This document shows, piece by piece, positions 58,761 through 64,000 of a stretch of 64,000 nucleotides of DNA. A program made the position numbers and the translations under genes. The DNA comes from a bacterium (lineage in GTDB: Bacteria > Patescibacteriota > Minisyncoccia > Phycocordibacterales > UBA2100): positions 15,575-79,574 of the forward strand of contig RFQR01000001.1 in NCBI GenBank assembly GCA_009924895.1. Reading direction: 5' to 3'. A model generated the notes under the pieces. The model was not told the origin of the DNA, ran no database searches, and worked only from the letters and a program-made list of their open reading frames with translations. The stretch's first letter is position 1; each line of letters starts with the position of its first letter.

Positions 58761-60467
58761 TTACACATTGCACCGACGCCGCATCTCTTCGATATTGTTA
58801 AGTATCACAAATGCGGGAAAATTACCCGATCGACGCAAAGTATCTTCAACTGATTTACGCAAATAGAGTACATATACTTGTATATGGCGGTGTTTTAATT
58901 CACGCAGAAGCTCTGCGAGAATTTCGAGTCCGGTAATATCGATATAATTCATGCCTGAGGCGTCAATAGCGAAGTGTTTGACGCGGGTTTTTTCACGCTC
59001 TTCATGTACCCCGATAGCTTCTTCGCAGACATCGGCGATACGCTGCGCGTTTGCATAGTAAATGGACGTTCCTATTCTCGTAATGCATACGCCAGGAACT
59101 ACTTTTGCATCGGGCTCGACGGCGATACCGCGGAGCACATTCCAGCGTTCATCAACGCCCATTTCAACGATCTTCATGCCCCAGACCGTTTGGTGAATGA
59201 AAAAGAACAATGCCACTAACACGCCAACAAAAATAGCGTCATCAGGCTTGAAGAGGAATGCGATCGTAAATGTAAGGAAAGCGACAATGCCATCTGACTT
59301 GGAAACGTGGTACATCGAGCGAAGTCGTGAAAAGTTGATGAGTGAGAATACAGACACGACGATAATAGCGCCGAGCACCGCGCGTGGTAGATAGTAGAAA
59401 AGAGGTGTAAAGAATAGGATCATCAGCGCGGTAATGAGTGCGGTAATGAGTGACGCGATACCGGTATGCGCTCCCGCTTCTACATTCACTGCTGTTCGTG
59501 TGAACGAACCTGACATCGGATAGCCGCGGAAGAAACCGGCAGCGATATTCGCAAGACCTTGTCCAACTAATTCTTGGTTGACGTCAATCTTCTGCTTTGT
59601 TTTTTCTGCGACTGATTTTGATATTGCATACGCTTCAACAAAGCCAACGAGTGCGATGATTGCTGCTTTTGGGAGAAGGGCGAAGAACGGGATAGCCCCT
59701 GACCAGGGGATAGTAAAGGTGGGTAAATCGGAAGGGATGGTTTTGACGAGCGCTACGCCCCACGACTCGAGTTGCAGAAAGTAACTTGCCATGATTCCGC
59801 TAACGAGCACAATGAGTGCGGCGGGGAACGTGCGCGGCAACCGTTTGCCCAAAACGAGGAATGCGATTGCGCTTATGCCGACAAGTAGTGTGATGAGTGA
59901 GGTGCCGGGTATATGCACAAACGTATCGAGAATATTTTGAAATACGAGGTCGTGCTGTTGTACACGGAGACCCAATAGTGTCGGAATTTGCGTCAAGATG
60001 ATAATACTTGCCGCTGCAGAAGAAAAACCAACGATGACCGAGTGTGGTACGAGGTGCACAATAAAACCGAGCCGTGTAACGCCAAGCAGGAGATAGATGA
60101 GACCGACCATGAGAGCGAGCATGGTTGCATATTGGATGTATTCGGTTGTGCCTGGCTCGGCAAAAGGGAGAAGCGATGTAAGGGTAAGAAAGCTCACAAT
60201 CGCGACAGGCCCAGTCGAAAGGTGCCGTGAAGAACCCCACAATGATGCAATAAAGCCAGGGAGAGAGGCATAGAGACCGTACACGGCAGGCAGTCCGGCG
60301 ATTATGGCAAGAGCCATGCTTTGTGGGATTTGGATGACAGCGACCGTCATGCCGGCAATACAATCAGCGTGAAAGTCTTCCCATGAGTACTGGTGTCCAG
60401 ATCGTAGGAAGGTGGGAGTGAATAGGCTGGGAGTACGAGCAATGAGTGAAGAAAAGTATTCGGTCAT
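58761..60467 (-). CDS. SulP-family anion permease with STAS domain
   Basis: IPQSMALA, GLYAS, NQELVGQG, GSFTRT, DASGMNYIDITG motifs. Confidence 0.93.
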   Translation of the reverse strand: MTEYFSSLIARTPSLFTPTFLRSGHQYSWEDFHADCIAGMTVAVIQIPQSMALAIIAGLPAVYGLYASLPGFIASLWGSSRHLSTGPVAIVSFLTLTSLLPFAEPGTTEYIQYATMLALMVGLIYLLLGVTRLGFIVHLVPHSVIVGFSSAAASIIILTQIPTLLGLRVQQHDLVFQNILDTFVHIPGTSLITLLVGISAIAFLVLGKRLPRTFPAALIVLVSGIMASYFLQLESWGVALVKTIPSDLPTFTIPWSGAIPFFALLPKAAIIALVGFVEAYAISKSVAEKTKQKIDVNQELVGQGLANIAAGFFRGYPMSGSFTRTAVNVEAGAHTGIASLITALITALMILFFTPLFYYLPRAVLGAIIVVSVFSLINFSRLRSMYHVSKSDGIVAFLTFTIAFLFKPDDAIFVGVLVALFFFIHQTVWGMKIVEMGVDERWNVLRGIAVEPDAKVVPGVCITRIGTSIYYANAQRIADVCEEAIGVHEEREKTRVKHFAIDASGMNYIDITGLEILAELLRELKHRHIQVYVLYLRKSVEDTLRRSGNFPAFVILNNIEEMRRRCNV

Positions 60468-60545
60468 GCTTGAGTGTACACTATTTAAAAAGAGTGGAAA
60501 ATATTGAGCATTTTTGGTACTATACCCCAGTAAACAAAAGTAAAT

Positions 60546-60617
60546 GCGCGTTTAGCTCAGTGGTAGAGCATCTATCTGATAAGTAGAAGGTCGTAGGTTC
60601 GATCCCTACAACGCGCA
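60546..60617 (+). tRNA. tRNA-Ile(GAU)
   Basis: GCGCGTT acceptor, TCTAT-CTGATAA-GTAGA anticodon arm, GTTCGATCC, A73; CCA not encoded. Confidence 0.93.
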
Positions 60618-60620
60618 CTA

Positions 60621-61181
60621 ATGACCCCTCGCGAAAAAAACTTACTCTGGGCGGCAAATATTTGGTATTTTGGCGAGGGTCTTCTGGGGCCACTCTTTGC
60701 GGTCTTTGCACAAAAGATTGGAGGAAATATTCTCGACATCACCTGGGCGTGGAGCGTGTTTCTCTTGGTGACAGGAATCTCTATTATTATCATCGGCAGA
60801 TTTGCTGATAGTATGGTTCGGAATGGCGGAAGGGAAAAAATATTGATTGCCGGCTATGCGCTCAATGCTCTGTGCACGTTTGGATATCTCCTCGTATCTT
60901 CGCCGATGCAGTTGTTATTGGTGCAAGGGGGATTAGGTCTTGCAATTGCGCTCTCTGCTCCAACATGGCTTGCACTCTATAGCGAGAATTCACACGTCAA
61001 AAAGCATGATACCTATGCCTGGGCGTTAGAGAGTGGTACCCAGAGAATTGTCGTTGCGGTAGCAATACTTCTGGGTGGATACATTGTTTCCCACTATTCG
61101 TTTGCCACACTGTTCATCATTATGGGCTGTGTCCAGGTAGTGGCAACACTCTATCAGGCGCGTATACTAGTGCGTACATGA
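60621..61181 (+). CDS. Half-size (6-TM) MFS-like protein
   Basis: Motif A-like GRFADSMVRNGGRE; 186 aa. Confidence 0.8.
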   Translation: MTPREKNLLWAANIWYFGEGLLGPLFAVFAQKIGGNILDITWAWSVFLLVTGISIIIIGRFADSMVRNGGREKILIAGYALNALCTFGYLLVSSPMQLLLVQGGLGLAIALSAPTWLALYSENSHVKKHDTYAWALESGTQRIVVAVAILLGGYIVSHYSFATLFIIMGCVQVVATLYQARILVRT

Positions 61182-62488
61182 ACTATCGCATCATCGGAGG
61201 TAAAAAGCTCTCCGGCACTGTACAGACCAACACGTCAAAAAACGCGGCAGTAGCCCTTTTGGCTGCGTCGCTTTTGAATAAAGGCATCACCACGCTCAAG
61301 CGCGTGGCGCGTATTGAGGAAGTGCGCCGCCTCGTTGAAGTTATGGTATCTATCGGCGTGAAAGTTGAGTGGAATGAAGAGACGGGAGATATGGTTATCA
61401 CTCCGCCGAAGAAATTTTCAATTGAAACAATAGATACAATGGCGGCAGCGAAGACGCGCAGTATTTTTATGTTCATTGCGCCGCTGGCGCATCATCTCGG
61501 CTCGTTTAATTTGCCCGCACCGACTGGATGCGATTTGGGCAAGCGCTCGCTCGGCAGCCATATCGACGCTCTTGCTCGCCTTGGTATCATGATTACGGGT
61601 GCACCCGAAATCCAGGCCTATCGCGTCGAAGTGGGTGCCTTGAACCCGACCGACATCGTTATGTATGAAGCGTCTGATACCGGTGTCGAAAATGTACTTA
61701 TGGCAGCAGCACTGGTGCCAGGAAAAACCGTCATTAAATTCGCGAGCGCAAACTACATGGTGCAGGATCTCTGTGTTTTTCTTGAAAGCTGTGGGGTGAA
61801 AATTGAGGGTATTGGTACCTCCACACTCATCGTGCACGGAGTTTCTGATATTAATAAAGCGGTGACTGGATATCCGAGCGAAGACCCCATCGAATCAATG
61901 TTCTTCATTTCTCTAGCCGCAACGACACAGTCACAACTCACTATCACGCGCTGCCCAATTGATTTTCTTGAACTTGAACTGTTTACGCTCGGTCACATGG
62001 GACTCAAGTACGATATTGGTGAACACTACACCGCTGAAAATGGAAGAACGGTTCTCGCTGATGTCACCATTTACCCATCAAAACTCGTAGCACCACCAGA
62101 GAAAATCGCACCGCGTCCGTACCCAGGAATCAATATGGACAACCTCCCGTTTTTTGTGCCGGTTGCCACACAGGCAGAAGGTAAGACACTGATTCACGAT
62201 TGGGTCTATGACGGTCGTGCAAAATATTATCTCGAGCTTAACAAGCTCGGTGCTCGCATAGAACAGCTCGACCCGCACCGTGTCGTCGTACATGGCCCTA
62301 CTGCTTTGTGTAATGGAGACGTTGATGCGCCGCCAGCCTTGCGTCCCGCTACACTCATCTTGATTGCCATGCTCGCCGCAGAAGGGGAATCAATGCTTCG
62401 CAACGTGTATCCAATTAACCGTGGATATGAAAATCTCCATGAACGATTGCAGAAATTGGGGGCAAGTGTTGAGGCAGTGGAGGGGTAG
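61178..62488 (+). CDS. murA: UDP-N-acetylglucosamine 1-carboxyvinyltransferase
   Basis: SKNAA, GCDLGKR active-site loop, PYPG, LR, RGYE motifs. Confidence 0.9.
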   Translation: MNYRIIGGKKLSGTVQTNTSKNAAVALLAASLLNKGITTLKRVARIEEVRRLVEVMVSIGVKVEWNEETGDMVITPPKKFSIETIDTMAAAKTRSIFMFIAPLAHHLGSFNLPAPTGCDLGKRSLGSHIDALARLGIMITGAPEIQAYRVEVGALNPTDIVMYEASDTGVENVLMAAALVPGKTVIKFASANYMVQDLCVFLESCGVKIEGIGTSTLIVHGVSDINKAVTGYPSEDPIESMFFISLAATTQSQLTITRCPIDFLELELFTLGHMGLKYDIGEHYTAENGRTVLADVTIYPSKLVAPPEKIAPRPYPGINMDNLPFFVPVATQAEGKTLIHDWVYDGRAKYYLELNKLGARIEQLDPHRVVVHGPTALCNGDVDAPPALRPATLILIAMLAAEGESMLRNVYPINRGYENLHERLQKLGASVEAVEG

Positions 62489-62536
62489 GTGCTAGCGACT
62501 AGGTAATAGTGTTTAGAAATGAGGTAGAATATCCAC

Positions 62537-62770
62537 ATGAAAGTTTTTAAGATCTTTCTTGATATCCTTGCCGTACTCTGGGTAGTACTAGTTGTGGTGA
62601 TGCTTGCAGGATTTTCTCCTTTTTTGTCTGACAGTCCCAACGCTACACTAAGGTCAGCACTAGTCACGTGGGTGGAAGGGTTTGTCTTACTTGCAGAAGT
62701 GCCAACAGGATGGCTGTTACTTCGCTTCGCTAACAGACGTTTGGGACAGATGCAAACAAAAGACAAATAA
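62537..62770 (+). CDS. 77-aa two-TM hypothetical protein
   Basis: TAGAAT-N6-ATG; two hydrophobic segments. Confidence 0.6.
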   Translation: MKVFKIFLDILAVLWVVLVVVMLAGFSPFLSDSPNATLRSALVTWVEGFVLLAEVPTGWLLLRFANRRLGQMQTKDK

Positions 62771-62772
62771 GG

Positions 62773-63483
62773 CTACTTCACCTGCGCATACACGCTCACC
62801 GAGCGGCGTTTGTTTGCCTGCCCGTACTTGAGGTGTTTGTGTGATGGTGCGATTTTGTGAAGAATGAAATAGGGCTCGAGCAGCTCTGCAATTTCGTGTT
62901 CGGTAAAGACGTGCTCTTCAACGCCAATATCAGGATGAATGTATGATCCTTCTTCAGAACCGGGGTTGTCACGAAGTAGTCTTTTTGCGTTGCGGTCCTC
63001 ATCCAAAAGGAATGTTTTAAAAAAGAGCCAGCCATCGGTACGCAGTACACGGACAATTTCTTTCAAAAAACTATCGCGCTCATATGATTTCAAAACATGC
63101 GAGACCATCATGTCTAAGACAAGTGTAGTGGTGTGATCGGGGAGGGGAAGCGGATCTGAGATTGAGCCCTTTTGAAAAGTAACGAGGTGACTCACTTCAA
63201 CTTCTTTTGCATGTTTGCGCGCCTGTTCGATTCCTTCGAGTGATGAATCAATACCGAGCCCGTGCATGCCGTACTCTTGTGCGAGAAAAATCAGGTTGCG
63301 ACCATTACCACAGCCGGCATCAAGTACTTTACAGTTTTGGTGCAAATACTGCCGCCCATAGTGACGCTCTAAAAAGCGGCAGAACTTCTGAAGGTCCTCG
63401 CTCGGAGTGCGAGCAATAGCAAGACGTTCCGCCTTTAGGTATTCTTTGTCCCAAAATTTACTGCGTTTCTTCGTGCGCTCCAT
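62773..63483 (-). CDS. Class I SAM-dependent methyltransferase
   Basis: VLDAGCGNGRN, GIDSS, RVLRTDG motifs. Confidence 0.9.
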   Translation of the reverse strand: MERTKKRSKFWDKEYLKAERLAIARTPSEDLQKFCRFLERHYGRQYLHQNCKVLDAGCGNGRNLIFLAQEYGMHGLGIDSSLEGIEQARKHAKEVEVSHLVTFQKGSISDPLPLPDHTTTLVLDMMVSHVLKSYERDSFLKEIVRVLRTDGWLFFKTFLLDEDRNAKRLLRDNPGSEEGSYIHPDIGVEEHVFTEHEIAELLEPYFILHKIAPSHKHLKYGQANKRRSVSVYAQVK

Positions 63484-63518
63484 GTGTTAATTAGAGCACA
63501 AAAAGCTAAATATGGCAA

Positions 63519-63902
63519 CTAAGCCTTTTTCTGATTTCGGTAGCGATCCATGACCATGCCCACGATTTCACCAGGATCGTGCTCTGCTTTTTGAATGTAC
63601 GTTGTAACCCCAATTTCAATCGCATCGGCTACCTGTGACGCATTAATCGAATCGGTGAGTATGGCAAAAAACGGATGTGGCTCAGGCATTGCTTTGACCG
63701 CTTTTACAAAATCAAATCCAGGATGGTCGGGGAGGAGGAGATCGACGAGTGCAATATCAAAGTGAGTTGCTTTTACTTTTTCAATTGCCTCGTTGCATGA
63801 CGTTGCGGTCTGCACTTTTGCACCGGTTTTTGCAAAGTGGTGAGCAAGAATATCCAATAAGGTAGTGTTGTCATCGAGGACAAGAATGTTTTGTGGTTCC
63901 AT
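63519..63902 (-). CDS. Single-domain response regulator
   Basis: ILVLDD, LVDLLLP, ILT, YIQK receiver motifs. Confidence 0.88.
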   Translation of the reverse strand: MEPQNILVLDDNTTLLDILAHHFAKTGAKVQTATSCNEAIEKVKATHFDIALVDLLLPDHPGFDFVKAVKAMPEPHPFFAILTDSINASQVADAIEIGVTTYIQKAEHDPGEIVGMVMDRYRNQKKA

Positions 63903-63909
63903 ACTGCTA

Positions 63910-64000
63910 TTATACCCCCGCGGGGAGCGAGACACTAAAGGTGGTGCCTTTGCCTTCTTCAGACTCACAAGTGATAGTTCCACCGTGGAAATCAATAATT
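63910..64000 (-). CDS. Histidine kinase, C-terminal end (partial)
   Basis: Manual translation IIDFHGGTITCESEEGKGTTFSVSLPAGV* matches an HATPase_c C-terminus. Confidence 0.85.
   Translation of the reverse strand, partial: IIDFHGGTITCESEEGKGTTFSVSLPAGV

Overview
This window looks like chromosomal DNA from a Patescibacteria/CPR bacterium, probably Parcubacteria/Paceibacteria. The assignment rests on the divergent rRNAs, unlinked 23S-5S and 16S genes, and CPR-typical gene families. From left to right it holds: a copper-resistance island (multicopper oxidase to copA-csoR, plus a large serine recombinase) ending at tRNA-Ser(CGA); a second tRNA-Ser with an unusual ACU anticodon; housekeeping genes (zwf, uppP, Pif1-like helicase, comF, queA/tgt, rlmB-like, pyrD-like, efp, recA, ftsK, rplJL, rodA, folD, secDF, ung, murA); and a 1129-aa S-layer-like surface protein. 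It also holds a 23S rRNA with a group I intron/LAGLIDADG ORF at L1943, tRNA-Cys, 5S plus a degenerate partial 5S copy, and a separate 16S about 14 kb downstream. Main observations: (1) The 16S lacks the anti-Shine-Dalgarno CCUCC and core genes are mostly leaderless. Yet ten mostly small orphan genes carry canonical SD motifs, often with good promoters and boxA-like motifs, and two of their transcription units sit behind leader-peptide attenuator-like structures. (2) A solo wHTH-Cas2/PaaX-like gene is bracketed by two copies of a 38-bp palindrome. (3) The tRNA-Ser has an ACU anticodon. (4) Small structured elements are linked to 3'-end duplications of tRNA and 5S genes, and a MITE-like element lies inside the L10 leader. 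(5) There is a candidate stand-alone structured sRNA after efp. All calls come from reading the sequence by eye; no searches were run.
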